From an uncultured delta proteobacterium (GTDB taxonomy: Bacteria; Desulfobacterota; Binatia; UBA9968): DNA of 64,000 nt. Below the pieces are notes generated by a model. That model did not search any database. It saw nothing but the letters and a program-made list of their open reading frames with translations, and was not told where the DNA came from. The stretch spans positions 32,001-96,000 of the forward strand of contig CAVSHR010000011.1 in NCBI GenBank assembly GCA_963727625.1, written 5' to 3'. A program made the translations under genes and the position numbers. Below, piece after piece: positions 50,001-59,959 of the stretch; within the stretch, counting starts at the first letter, position 1, and each line of letters begins with the position of its first letter.

Positions 50001-50402
50001 ATGGGAAAATCGATATTAATAGTTGATGACAATCCAGTGAATATGAAGCTTATCCGGATATTGCTCGGCGGCGAGGGCTATGATGTCCAGACGGCGGCGG
50101 ATGCAGAGGAAGCCTTGCGAATCCTGCAGCAATCGCATCCGTCCATGATCCTGATGGACATCCAGTTGCCGGGGATTGACGGTCTGGAGCTTACGCGGCG
50201 CCTCAAAGGGGACCCCCTGACACGCGATATTCGTATCTTGGGGTTGACCGCTTATGCCATGAAAGGGGACGAAGAGAGAATTTTAGCCGCCGGTTGCGAC
50301 GGCTACATTGCCAAGCCCATCGACACGCGCTCTCTACCGGGCGTCATAGAGAGCTATCTCGAACTTGATCCAGTGAAAAAGCCTACAGCGGCGCGTTTGT
50401 GA
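50001..50402 (+). CDS. Single-domain response regulator (DivK/CheY-like)
   Basis: ILIVDD, LMDIQLPGIDG, LTAYAMKGD, GCDGYIAKP. Confidence 0.92.
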   Translation: MGKSILIVDDNPVNMKLIRILLGGEGYDVQTAADAEEALRILQQSHPSMILMDIQLPGIDGLELTRRLKGDPLTRDIRILGLTAYAMKGDEERILAAGCDGYIAKPIDTRSLPGVIESYLELDPVKKPTAARL

Positions 50403-50437
50403 TAGCGACCCATGGCAATCCGTGCGAATACACCTCA

Positions 50438-53161
50438 ATGAAAATTCTTGTTGTTGAAGATAACCCGTTATCGAGGAAGTTTACCCGAGTCGCGCTAGAA
50501 GCTGATGGTTTTTCCGTGGTCGAAGCGAAGGACGGGCAGTCCGCCATCGCGAGCCTTGAACGCGAGCTTCCGAATCTAATTTTGCAGGATATTCTGCTTC
50601 CCGATATCGACGGATTCGAGCTCGTGAACCGATTGCACGCCGTGCCCGGCGCGGAATCCATTCCAATCCTGGCGTTGACTGGATTGATCAGCAAGAACGG
50701 TGAAACCAAGCTGCCGCAGGCTGCCTTCGAGGATTATCTGTTCAAGCCGGTTGACCCGGTGTTTCTAACCAGCACCGTGCGCGCCCATTTGGCGGCGAAT
50801 CAGACTTCGAAGCAAAAGCCGGGGCAAGGGCTCGTCATTCTTGCGGTCGACGATGACCCGAGGCAGCTCAAGCTTCTGGCGACCTATTTAGGCAACCTCG
50901 GCTTTGGCGTGACCACGGCTAAAGACGGTAATGAAGCGTTGAGGAAAGCCTCAGCGACGCTGCCCGACGCTATAATTTCGGATGTTTTGATGCCCGGGCT
51001 CGACGGTTTCGAGCTGTGTAGGGCGATCCGAAAACATGACCGGCTCGGGCTGATTCCGGTAATCTTACTGACCAATAGTTACTACGACTCAGCTGACAAG
51101 CGGATGGCGGCGGAGATTGGCGCCAACGCGCTGGTGATGCGCACACCGGACTGCAAGGACGGCGTGAAAGCCCTGCTCCACAGCCTTGTTGATCCCGCCC
51201 CGGTGCCGATGCCCGATGAAAGCGGATTTGAATCCCTGCACCGTGATAGTTTGATGCGACAGCTCAATCGCCAGGCGAAGCTCAACGTCGACTTAGCGCG
51301 CCGCTGCGCGGTGCAGAGCGCCCAGATCGCCGTCCTTGCCAGCGTGGCGCAAAGCTTTTTGCGCTCCGGGGAAAACATCGAAAGCCTCTTGTCCGAAATT
51401 CTCGCCCATTACATGGCGGTTATCGGTTTTTCGCGCGGCGTCGTCTATCTGATGGATCAAGACTCGGTCCTGAAGCTGTCAGGTCAGATTGGATTTTTCA
51501 CAAGCAGCGAAAATGCCTTGACAGACTTTTTCGGCTGCAGCGATCTCTTATATTCAACCATGGCGCAGAAAGAACCGGTGGTCTTCAGCGCGCCAGCCGT
51601 CGAGGAAAAATATCAAACCCTGCTGGACCGCTCCGGGGTGCGCTCCGTGCTCCTCGCTCCGCTCGCCTTCAATGACCGCGCGCTCGGCGCCATCGGATTG
51701 TTTTCCGATAGCCGACAGCTATATCCCGAATGGATTAGCTTTTCGAAATTGATTAACGGCCAAATCAGCCAAGCGGTGGCGCTGTGGCAAACGATTTCTC
51801 AATTGAAATTTTTGGCCGCCTATGATCCTTTGACCGCTTTGCCGAACCGGGCTCGGATGGCCAAACGGGTGGATGAAATCCTCGATCGAGGGGACAGTTC
51901 GGCCGAGGTTGCATTGTTGCGGATCAACATCGATCGATTCGAAGAAATCAACAATGCGCTCAGTTATCAAAAAGGCGATGAATTGTTGCGCCAGTTCGCG
52001 GCCAGGCTTCAAAAATCCGTTCGTAACGCCGACCTGTTGGCGCGGCTCGATGCCGATGAATTCGCCGTGGTGCTTTCGGGAAACGGTGTCGCGCAGCAGG
52101 TGCCGGAAACCGCCCGGTTGATTTTCGCCGCATTGGAAGCGCCGTTCACCATCGATCATCTTCCGTTGGAAGTTAACGCGAGCATCGGCGTGGCGCTGGC
52201 GCCCGAGCATGCGACGAACGCCGAAGATTTGCTGCGTCGGAGCGATATGGCAATGCGGGCGGCGAAGCGCTCGGTTTCGGGTTATTCTATTTACACAACG
52301 GCCATCGACAAATACGATCCGCAGCGTTTAACGCTGATGGGCGAGCTCAGTTACGCCATCGATCACGACGAGCTTGCACTCTTTTATCAGCCGAAGATTA
52401 GCTTTAAAAGCAACCGGATCGTCGGTGTCGAAGCACTGCTGCGCTGGTACCATCCGCAACGGGGCATGGTCGCACCGGATGAGTTCATACCGCTCGCCGA
52501 AAAAACCGGCGCGATCCAAAGACTCACTCAATGGGTGTTCACCAAAGCGATCCGACAAGCGGCACTCTGGCGTCGCGCTGGGATTCCGCTCAAAGTTTCG
52601 CTTAATCTATCGGTGCGCAATCTGCTCGAGCCGACGTTCCCGAACCGGATGATGTCGATCATCGAAAGCGAGGGCGCCGGGGTTGATGGCATCACCATGG
52701 AGATCACCGAAAGCGCCTTGATGGCGGACCCGGCGACGGCGAGAAAAGTGCTGATCGTTTTGAGTGAGCGAGGTCTGCATTTTTCGATCGATGATTTCGG
52801 CACGGGTTATTCCTCGCTAGCCTACCTCAAGCATTTGCCGGTGGGCGAAATTAAAATAGATAAACTGTTTGTCGCCAAACTAAACACCGACGCGGACGAC
52901 AGCGCCATCGTGCGTTCGACCATCGAGCTCGGCCATAACCTTGGTCTCTCCGTGACCGCGGAAGGGGTCGAAGACGAGCAGACCTGGGCGAGGCTGGCCG
53001 AGCTGGGGTGCGATGAGGCGCAGGGATATTACATGAGTCGGCCGCTCCCTTTGGATCAACTGGAGCGCTGGCTGATCGAATCGCAGTGGGGTGTGCAACC
53101 GGCACTTGATGGCGCGAAGGTCCAAGCGCCATTGAGTGACGCAAACTTGAGACCTCTTTAA
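50438..53161 (+). CDS. REC-REC-GAF-GGDEF(degenerate)-EAL c-di-GMP phosphodiesterase
   Basis: Two receiver domains, GAF-like middle, DPLTALPNR..RLDADEF, then EALLRW and DDFGTGYSSL. Confidence 0.92.
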   Translation: MKILVVEDNPLSRKFTRVALEADGFSVVEAKDGQSAIASLERELPNLILQDILLPDIDGFELVNRLHAVPGAESIPILALTGLISKNGETKLPQAAFEDYLFKPVDPVFLTSTVRAHLAANQTSKQKPGQGLVILAVDDDPRQLKLLATYLGNLGFGVTTAKDGNEALRKASATLPDAIISDVLMPGLDGFELCRAIRKHDRLGLIPVILLTNSYYDSADKRMAAEIGANALVMRTPDCKDGVKALLHSLVDPAPVPMPDESGFESLHRDSLMRQLNRQAKLNVDLARRCAVQSAQIAVLASVAQSFLRSGENIESLLSEILAHYMAVIGFSRGVVYLMDQDSVLKLSGQIGFFTSSENALTDFFGCSDLLYSTMAQKEPVVFSAPAVEEKYQTLLDRSGVRSVLLAPLAFNDRALGAIGLFSDSRQLYPEWISFSKLINGQISQAVALWQTISQLKFLAAYDPLTALPNRARMAKRVDEILDRGDSSAEVALLRINIDRFEEINNALSYQKGDELLRQFAARLQKSVRNADLLARLDADEFAVVLSGNGVAQQVPETARLIFAALEAPFTIDHLPLEVNASIGVALAPEHATNAEDLLRRSDMAMRAAKRSVSGYSIYTTAIDKYDPQRLTLMGELSYAIDHDELALFYQPKISFKSNRIVGVEALLRWYHPQRGMVAPDEFIPLAEKTGAIQRLTQWVFTKAIRQAALWRRAGIPLKVSLNLSVRNLLEPTFPNRMMSIIESEGAGVDGITMEITESALMADPATARKVLIVLSERGLHFSIDDFGTGYSSLAYLKHLPVGEIKIDKLFVAKLNTDADDSAIVRSTIELGHNLGLSVTAEGVEDEQTWARLAELGCDEAQGYYMSRPLPLDQLERWLIESQWGVQPALDGAKVQAPLSDANLRPL

Positions 53162-53450
53162 TCCTTGTTTCGACTTTCCAATATTTTCCCTAATATGTGT
53201 TGAACTGAGCCGCAGCTGGCGCGGCGCTTTCATCGAGTTCCCTCTCCTATTCAGATTTTCTCATTGATTTGCTGCCGCACGGACGAGGCGAAAAGCGCCG
53301 CGCCGCACGCGTTGGCATTTCTCCGACTTCTTCAAGGACACCGTGATTGATCTTCTGATCGCCGCATCGCGCGCAGAAAACCTGCTTCGCTTGACAATCG
53401 GTTCGAGGCTCAAATAAGGTCAGCACAAATTCTCAAGGAGGTATCGAATC

Positions 53451-54290
53451 GTGGCAGCAACTTTATGGAAAGAATACAAGACGGTTAAGGTCGAAAAGGA
53501 AGACGGGATTACCTGGTGTATTCTCAACCGCCCGGAAAAGCGCAATGCGATGAATCCACAGCTTCATTACGACATGCTGGAAGCCCTCACCGAGCTGGAA
53601 GTTGACAAGGAAACCAAAGTACTGGTTCTTACCGGCGCCGGGCCGAGCTGGTGCGCCGGACAGGATTTGCGCGAATATTTCCGCGGTACCGACACCAATC
53701 CGTTGGAAAGGCGCCGAGCGAGTTGGGCCTCGCAAGAGTGGCGCTGGCGCCGCTTGTTCTACTTTCCCAAGCCGACCATCGCCATGGTTAACGGCTTTTG
53801 CTTCGGCGGCGCGTTCACGCCCCTGATCGCTTGCGATTTCGCCATTGCCGCGGAGGATGCGACCTTCGGCTTGAGCGAAGTCAATTGGGGAATATTCCCG
53901 GGCGGATTGGTCAGCCGCGTGTTGGCTGACGCCATGTGTTACCGCGACGCCATGTGGGCGATCATGACCGGCGATCCGTTCGACGGTAAAAAAGCCGCTG
54001 AGGTCAAACTGATCAATTACGCGGTACCGAAAGAAAAGTTGCGCGACGAGACCATAGCCCTGGCGCAGAAACTTATGAAGAAAAATCCCCAAGTGCTGCG
54101 CGCCGCCAAGGAAGTCTATAAATATTGCCGGACGATGGATTACGGCCAGGCGGAAGATTACATGGGCGCGAAAGGCACGGCGTTGCGCTTCACCGATCCA
54201 GAAAAAGGCCGGGAGACCGGAATGGAGCAGTTTCTCGACAAAAAAACTTACCGGCCGGGTCTGGGCGAATACGATCGCAACGCGAAATAA
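53451..54290 (+). CDS. p-Hydroxycinnamoyl/feruloyl-CoA hydratase-lyase
   Basis: RPEKRNAM, DLREYFR, EWRWRRL, KPTIAMVNGFCFGG, GLSEVNWGI, KNPQVLRAAK, EDY, GMEQFLDKK..PGL-x-x-Y closely follow the HCHL pattern. Confidence 0.87.
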   Translation: MAATLWKEYKTVKVEKEDGITWCILNRPEKRNAMNPQLHYDMLEALTELEVDKETKVLVLTGAGPSWCAGQDLREYFRGTDTNPLERRRASWASQEWRWRRLFYFPKPTIAMVNGFCFGGAFTPLIACDFAIAAEDATFGLSEVNWGIFPGGLVSRVLADAMCYRDAMWAIMTGDPFDGKKAAEVKLINYAVPKEKLRDETIALAQKLMKKNPQVLRAAKEVYKYCRTMDYGQAEDYMGAKGTALRFTDPEKGRETGMEQFLDKKTYRPGLGEYDRNAK

Positions 54291-54391
54291 AGTTCAAGGT
54301 TCAATAGTTCAACGTTCAAGATCGGATGCGGGTTTTGGGTTGACAGTTTGTCAGCAATCCAAAATCCGCACTTCGATATAATGGAGCAGCA

Positions 54392-55555
54392 GTGGATTTC
54401 GATTTACCTGAAGAGCTGCAGCTTTTGAAGGGAACGGTTCGCAAGTTCGTTGACCGAGAGCTGATCCCGCTCGAGCGCGAGTGCCGCCCGGAAGGCGAAG
54501 ACATGCCGGAGCAGTACATCAAGCCGCTCCAGGAGAAAGCCAAGGCGATCGGCCTCTGGCTGCTCGACGTGCCTCAGGAATACGGCGGCGCCGGTCTCGA
54601 CTTGATGAGCCGCTGCGTGATTATGGAAGAAGTGGCGCGCACGGTGGCGATTCCGTTTCGCTACGCGCCGATCTTCGGCCCGGAAGTCCGGCCGGTGCTG
54701 TTTCACTGCAACGATGAACAGAAGCAGCGATTTCTGTTTCCGGTGATTCGCGGTGAGAAGAAAATTTGTTTCGCACAGACCGAGCCGGATGCCGGCAGCG
54801 ATCCGGCGGGAATGAAAACTCGCGCGGTGCGCGACGGCGATCATTACATGATCAACGGGACCAAGCGTTTTATCACGGGAGCCAAGACCGCCGATTACGC
54901 TCAGGTGATTGCCGTGACTGATCCGCAGAAAGGCGCTCGCGGCGGAGTGAGCTGCTTCGTCGTCGATATGAAGGCGCCGGGAGTGACGCTCGAAAAATTG
55001 TGGCCTACGATGATGGGCGACACGCCTGGGCAGATCCTTTTCGAAAACGTGCGCGTGCCGGCGGCGGATATGATCGGCAAGGAAGGCGAGGGATTTTCCA
55101 TCGCTCAGGGTTGGATCCAGGAGGGCCGCATCCGCGGCCACGGCGCCCGTCCGGTTGGCATCGCTTCCCGCGCTCTCGACATGATGATCGAATATTCCAA
55201 AGTACGCACGACTTTTGGCCGGCCGCTGGCCGACCGCCAAGCGATCCAGTTCATGATCGCAGACTCGGCGATGGAGTTGCATGCCTGCCGGCTGATGGTC
55301 TATGAGTGCGCATGGCGCCATGACCGCGGCGAAGACATTCGCCAGCTTTCCTACATGACCAAGATTCTGTGCGCCGAGATGGCGAGCCGGGTGGTCGACC
55401 GCTCGATTCAAGTGCACGGCGGGTTAGGGCTGATGCGCGAGTTGCCGCTCGAGTGGTGGTACCGGCAAGTGCGCAGCATCCGAATCACCGAAGGCACGCC
55501 GGAGGTCCTGCGCTGGCGCTTGGCGCAGCATATCATCAAAAATCACAAGGGCTGA
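54392..55555 (+). CDS. Acyl-CoA dehydrogenase (paralog of 30519..31673)
   Basis: QTEPDAGSDPA, NGTKRFITGA, QVHGG, ITEGTPE. Confidence 0.93.
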   Translation: MDFDLPEELQLLKGTVRKFVDRELIPLERECRPEGEDMPEQYIKPLQEKAKAIGLWLLDVPQEYGGAGLDLMSRCVIMEEVARTVAIPFRYAPIFGPEVRPVLFHCNDEQKQRFLFPVIRGEKKICFAQTEPDAGSDPAGMKTRAVRDGDHYMINGTKRFITGAKTADYAQVIAVTDPQKGARGGVSCFVVDMKAPGVTLEKLWPTMMGDTPGQILFENVRVPAADMIGKEGEGFSIAQGWIQEGRIRGHGARPVGIASRALDMMIEYSKVRTTFGRPLADRQAIQFMIADSAMELHACRLMVYECAWRHDRGEDIRQLSYMTKILCAEMASRVVDRSIQVHGGLGLMRELPLEWWYRQVRSIRITEGTPEVLRWRLAQHIIKNHKG

Positions 55556-55683
55556 CCAGGCTGCTGAAAAAGACTCCTATGCTTCGTTGCGCTCGATCGC
55601 CTCGCTCCGACGTACTGAGGAGTTCGCCCGCGCTCGTTGATTCGTCGCGCGCCTCGCCTCTGAGATCTTTTTGAGCAGCCTGG
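55556..55683. mobile_element. MITE-like 128-bp element with 18-bp terminal inverted repeats
   Basis: CCAGGCTGCTGAAAAAGA ... TCTTTTTGAGCAGCCTGG (1 mismatch), directly after the ACAD stop codon. Confidence 0.65.
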
Positions 55684-55706
55684 AGATCCAAATCAAAAAC
55701 GCTCCA

Positions 55707-56915
55707 ATGAATGATAGATTTAACGCAACCTCGCTCCTGCCCGGCTTTCGTGTTCTCGATCTAACCTCGTCGATCGGTGCGCTCTGCGGCAAGTTGCTCG
55801 GCGACCTTGGCCTGGACGTGATCAAGGTGGAACCACCGGCCGGCGACGCGACAAGGTCCGAGCCGCCTTTTGCCAAGGGTCACGCGCACAGGGAAGGCAG
55901 TTTGCGCTTCGCTTATCTCAACGCCGGCAAGCGCAGCCTCACGCTTGATATCACCCAGGCACGCGGTCGAAGTTTGTTACTCGATTTGGTCGAGCGCGCG
56001 GACGTGATTGTAGAAGATTTTGCCCCCGGGTCTCTTGCCGGATTAGGTCTCGGTTACGAAGCTCTGCTCGAAAGGCAAAACAAATTAATTCTCGTCTCCC
56101 TGAGCGGTTTCGGCCAGGACGGGCCTTACGCCAGTTACAAAACGACAGACCTCATCGGCAACGCCATGGGTGGTTTGCTCTACATCAGCGGCGACCCGAA
56201 GATGACGCCGTGCAATCCGCCTGAGACTCAGTCGTTCTACTATACTAGTCTCTTCGCAACCTATGGAGTCATGCTCGCGCTTTGGCAACGCGAGAGCCGC
56301 GGCATCGGCGCATGGATCGATGCTTCGGTGCAGGCGAGCATGGCGCTGCACGAGCACGTCGCGTTCAACTATTCCGCCGAGGGCCGGGTGATGAAGCGCG
56401 CCGGCAGCCAGCACCAGCACAACGCCCCGGCAAATTTGTTTCAGTGCAAGAACGGCTGGATTTCATTGTTTGTTACCCAGACTCACTGGCCCCTGCTCCT
56501 CAGGGTTTGGCCGGATCACGATCCGGAGCTCGACGATCCCAAGTGGATCAACAGCAACCTGCGCCGCCAGCATGCCGACTACATCAACGCGCAAGTCACC
56601 TCGTTTACCTTGCAATTTACCAAGGAAGATCTCGCCGAACTGATGCAGAAGCACGGCATCCCGGGTCTGCCGGTAAATTCTCCTTCGGATTTTATGAAAG
56701 ATCCGCACATTCAGGCGCGCGGGTTTTTTGCAAACGTCAATCATCCCGTACTCGGTTCGTACAGCCGAGCAGGAACTCCTTTTATGGTCGACGGCCGGCG
56801 ATCGCCGCCATTAGCCGCGCCGCTGCTGGGACAGCATAATCATGAGGTGTTTTGCGGCGAGTTGAGATTGAGCGCGAGTGAAGTGGCCGTGTTGGCGGCG
56901 GAGAAAATTATTTAG
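55707..56915 (+). CDS. Family III CoA-transferase subunit A (no catalytic Asp)
   Basis: LPGFRVLDL, DLGLDVIKVEPP, NAGKRS; PPETQ motif as in the N-domain of the 25960 fusion. Confidence 0.9.
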   Translation: MNDRFNATSLLPGFRVLDLTSSIGALCGKLLGDLGLDVIKVEPPAGDATRSEPPFAKGHAHREGSLRFAYLNAGKRSLTLDITQARGRSLLLDLVERADVIVEDFAPGSLAGLGLGYEALLERQNKLILVSLSGFGQDGPYASYKTTDLIGNAMGGLLYISGDPKMTPCNPPETQSFYYTSLFATYGVMLALWQRESRGIGAWIDASVQASMALHEHVAFNYSAEGRVMKRAGSQHQHNAPANLFQCKNGWISLFVTQTHWPLLLRVWPDHDPELDDPKWINSNLRRQHADYINAQVTSFTLQFTKEDLAELMQKHGIPGLPVNSPSDFMKDPHIQARGFFANVNHPVLGSYSRAGTPFMVDGRRSPPLAAPLLGQHNHEVFCGELRLSASEVAVLAAEKII

Positions 56916-56919
56916 ACCA

Positions 56920-57025
56920 ATTAATAAATGAAAATGGAGAATGGATAATTGAAAACGGATCAAGCCTCATTCGGTAAACTAAGAGACGAGCTCCGAAATT
57001 CTCAATTCTCCATTCTCAATTAATT
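56920..57025. repeat. Inverted heptamer tandem arrays (AAATGGA-type ... AATTCTC-type)
   Basis: AAATGAA AATGGAG AATGGAT AATTGAA ... AATTCTC AATTCTC CATTCTC AATT. Confidence 0.7.
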
Positions 57026-57030
57026 TAAAG

Positions 57031-58245
57031 ATGGAAACACCAAGTCATATTCTCAAAGGTGTCCGTGTCCTCGCCTTTACCACCGGATACGCCGGTCCCT
57101 ATGCCGGCCGATTGCTTGCCGCTTACGGCGCGGAAGTGATCAAAGTGGAGTCCAAGAAAGGCGGTCTCGATACCTTTCGGCATTACGGCCAGCACAAGGA
57201 TATCGATGCCGCGCCGCGCTTCATTGAGTGCAACCTCGGAGTGCGTTCGTTTGCCATCAATCTCAAACATCCGACCGGCGCCAAGCTAGTCCGAGAAGTG
57301 GCCGGCAAGTCGGATGCGATCCTGCAAAATTTTCGTCCCAGGGTATTGGATAAACTCGGTTTGGGCGATGACGAGCTCAGAAAATTCAATCCTAAACTTG
57401 TGATTGTAAAACTCCCGGGTTTCGGTTCTGAAGGGCCGAAGAGCGGCTATGGAACCTGGGGATTCAATCTCAACGCCTTTTCCGGCATGACCTATCTGTG
57501 GAACCACCCGGAGCAGGACCGGCCCATCGGTAGCCAGGGTGTCTATCCGGATCACTTGGGTTTTGTCATGGGTCCGACGCTGTTGGTCGCGGCGCTCTTG
57601 AGCAGCCGGCGCAGCGGCAAGGGTGTGACCATCGATTTGGCACAGATCGAAGGGACGGCGTACACGTTGGGGGCGACTTACCTCGAAACAACCATCAATG
57701 GCGACGATCCGCAACCCCAAGGCAATCATTACGCGCTGACTGCGCCGCACGGCTGCTACCGCTGCCAGGGTGAGGATCGCTGGTGCGCCATTTCTGTGCG
57801 CGATGATGCAGAGTGGCGCGCATTCTGCCGGGTCATCGGCCAAGCCGAATTCGTGAGCGACGCTCGATTCAGCGATTTGCCGTCGCGACTGAAAAACCGC
57901 GCGGCGCTCGACGAGATTGTTGCCCAGTGGACACGGGGGCAATCGGCGGAAGAAGTTATGACCAAGCTCCAGTGCGCTGGAGTTCCGGCCGGCGTGGTCC
58001 AGACCGGCGCCGATTTATTGAAAGACCCCCAACTCCGTCACCGCAATTATTTTGCGTCCTTTGATGATTCGCTGATCGGGCCTTTCGAGATTCCCCGCGC
58101 CGGCATCGCTTTTCGCGGTACCAACGAGGAACCTTTGCGTCTACCGCACCGGTTCGGCGCCGACAACGATGCGATCCTCGGCGAACTCCTCGGTTACGAC
58201 AGCGCGACCATCGCGCAATGGCGCCGGGAGGAAATCCTCACTTAA
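57031..58245 (+). CDS. Family III CoA-transferase subunit B (catalytic Asp present)
   Basis: LKGVRVL, AGPY, GAEVIKVES, VYPDHLG; matches the C-domain of the 25960 fusion. Confidence 0.9.
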   Translation: METPSHILKGVRVLAFTTGYAGPYAGRLLAAYGAEVIKVESKKGGLDTFRHYGQHKDIDAAPRFIECNLGVRSFAINLKHPTGAKLVREVAGKSDAILQNFRPRVLDKLGLGDDELRKFNPKLVIVKLPGFGSEGPKSGYGTWGFNLNAFSGMTYLWNHPEQDRPIGSQGVYPDHLGFVMGPTLLVAALLSSRRSGKGVTIDLAQIEGTAYTLGATYLETTINGDDPQPQGNHYALTAPHGCYRCQGEDRWCAISVRDDAEWRAFCRVIGQAEFVSDARFSDLPSRLKNRAALDEIVAQWTRGQSAEEVMTKLQCAGVPAGVVQTGADLLKDPQLRHRNYFASFDDSLIGPFEIPRAGIAFRGTNEEPLRLPHRFGADNDAILGELLGYDSATIAQWRREEILT

Positions 58246-58305
58246 GTTTTGTCCGAATAGGTCCATTGCGGCGCGAAGGAGGTTTTTAGGCTCCGCGCCA
58301 GCGTC

Positions 58306-58711
58306 GTGGCGAAGACTTTCGGTTTTGCTTTGCTCTGGGTGGCGTCGAAGCAGGGCTTCAATACCATCGGTCGGTTTATTGACGTGATTCCGCATTATCA
58401 ACTCTCGGTCTATTCCGTCATGCGGCCGTGGGCGGAAAAAAACGCGTGTCGTCGCGCGCTTCATGAAGTCCATCGGCCTCGCCTGGGGCTGGATCTGCGG
58501 TAACAGGGAAGCGGCGGCGGAATGGCCGGCGAAGGAAATGGGGCTGAAGCGCGATTAGGCGCTCAAGGGTTGGGATTTATACACCGGCAAGGGGTTGTGG
58601 CATCCGCTCGGGGACGTTACTTTCGAGGGGCTCGGCGTCGTCGCGCAAATCTACGCCAAGCAGAACCAACTCAAATCGCCGCCCAATCCGGTTAAATTTG
58701 TCGATCAAAGT
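58306..58711 (+). pseudogene. Degraded ABC substrate-binding protein gene (paralog of 21047..22042)
   Basis: KTFGFALLWVASKQGF joined directly to NTIGRFIDVIPHYQL...WAEKN; after a frameshift RFMKS..KEMGLKRD*ALKGWDLYT..WHP...FVDQS. Approximate boundaries. Confidence 0.75.
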
Positions 58712-58839
58712 TGTCGCGCGCGGCGGTCATAGAGCTCGACGGACGCTAGAGGATTTCCTGCACGCCGAAACAAATTCGTTGGGACGGTCCGCAATCGGTT
58801 TTTTTGCCGCGAAGATTGTCGTGACGGCGCGCCGGTCTC

Positions 58840-58868
58840 TTGATAAAATTTTTCAGTGCTCTTATAAA
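58840..58868 (+). promoter_or_regulatory. Sigma70-like promoter
   Basis: TTGATA-N17-TATAAA upstream of the GNAT gene. Confidence 0.45.
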
Positions 58869-58900
58869 TCAGCGATCATGTCTGGTTGGACCGACGCTGA

Positions 58901-59437
58901 GTGATAAACCCACCCAAAACTCTTAAAACCGAACGTCTGCGACTGAGAAAAGCGAAACTGAGCGATGCCGAGGCGATTTTTCGCCAGTATGCCCAAGACC
59001 CGGAGGTGACGCGATACGTGAGCTGGCGCGCCCACTCGGACATCGAAGAGACCCGTAGGTACATGCGCATGTGCCTGCTCGCCTGGGACGTGGGCAGAGC
59101 GTTTCATTGGGTCATTGAAAACTCGGAGGACGGGCAAGTGATTGGCATGATGATCGCCCGCGTGGCCGAGGAAAAATGGGAGATGGGTTACGTCTTGGCG
59201 CGCGCCTACTGGGGCCGCGGCTACATGACCGAAGCCCTCAAGGGTTTCATCTCTTGGGCGCTTAAAGAAAAAGACATCTATCGCATCTGGGCTGTCTGCG
59301 ATGTCGACAATTTTGCCTCGGCCCGGGTTATGGAGAAAGCCGGCATGCAGAGGGAAGGAATCTTGCGCCGCTGGTCGGTGCATCCAAACCTCAGCCCGGA
59401 GCCGCGCGATTCCTATTGTTATGCGATCGTGAAGTGA
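58901..59437 (+). CDS. GNAT N-acetyltransferase (RimJ/RimL-like)
   Basis: TERLRLR, YWGRGYMTEA, N-x-AS-x-RVMEKAGM-x-REG. Confidence 0.9.
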   Translation: MINPPKTLKTERLRLRKAKLSDAEAIFRQYAQDPEVTRYVSWRAHSDIEETRRYMRMCLLAWDVGRAFHWVIENSEDGQVIGMMIARVAEEKWEMGYVLARAYWGRGYMTEALKGFISWALKEKDIYRIWAVCDVDNFASARVMEKAGMQREGILRRWSVHPNLSPEPRDSYCYAIVK

Positions 59438-59481
59438 AGGAGATAGAGATCGGAGTGATGGGAAAGGTGTGGTTAATTGAC

Positions 59482-59883
59482 ATGTCAAAACCCCTGGTGA
59501 AAGTCTTAGAGTTTTTGTTTTGCCTGCTGGGCGCGTCGGTCGGCTCGGCCGACGACCGGGTGCGAATCGGCTGGGCGGCGATGGCCGCGTCGCACACGCC
59601 GCTCTGGGTCGCCAAGGAAAGAGGACTCTTTGCCAAACAGGGCCTGCTCGCTGAACCGATCTTTTTCGGCGCCGGTCCGCCGGCGATGCAGGCCTTGGTA
59701 GCGGACGACCTCGACATCGTCGTGACGTCGGCGCCCAATGTCGTCAATCCGCGCCTCGGCGGCGCCGATACGGTGATGGTTTTGTCGATCATTCCGACCT
59801 TCATCGACCACATCATCGTCGCGCCGAGCATCATTCATGAGCTCGAAACCTCGGGTACCATCAAGCAGCTGCTCAAGCGGTAG
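59482..59883 (+). pseudogene. Internally deleted ABC substrate-binding protein
   Basis: SBP N-terminus (PLWVAKERGLFAKQGL) fused in frame to an SBP C-terminal motif (PSIIHELETSGTIKQLLKR); only ~133 aa versus ~330 aa for intact paralogs. Confidence 0.75.
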
Positions 59884-59959
59884 CAAGGCATCACCGCTGC
59901 AGCCGTCCCCGGTGAATGCCGTGCTACGGTTTTGAATTGAAAGCGTGGGAGTCGATCGT

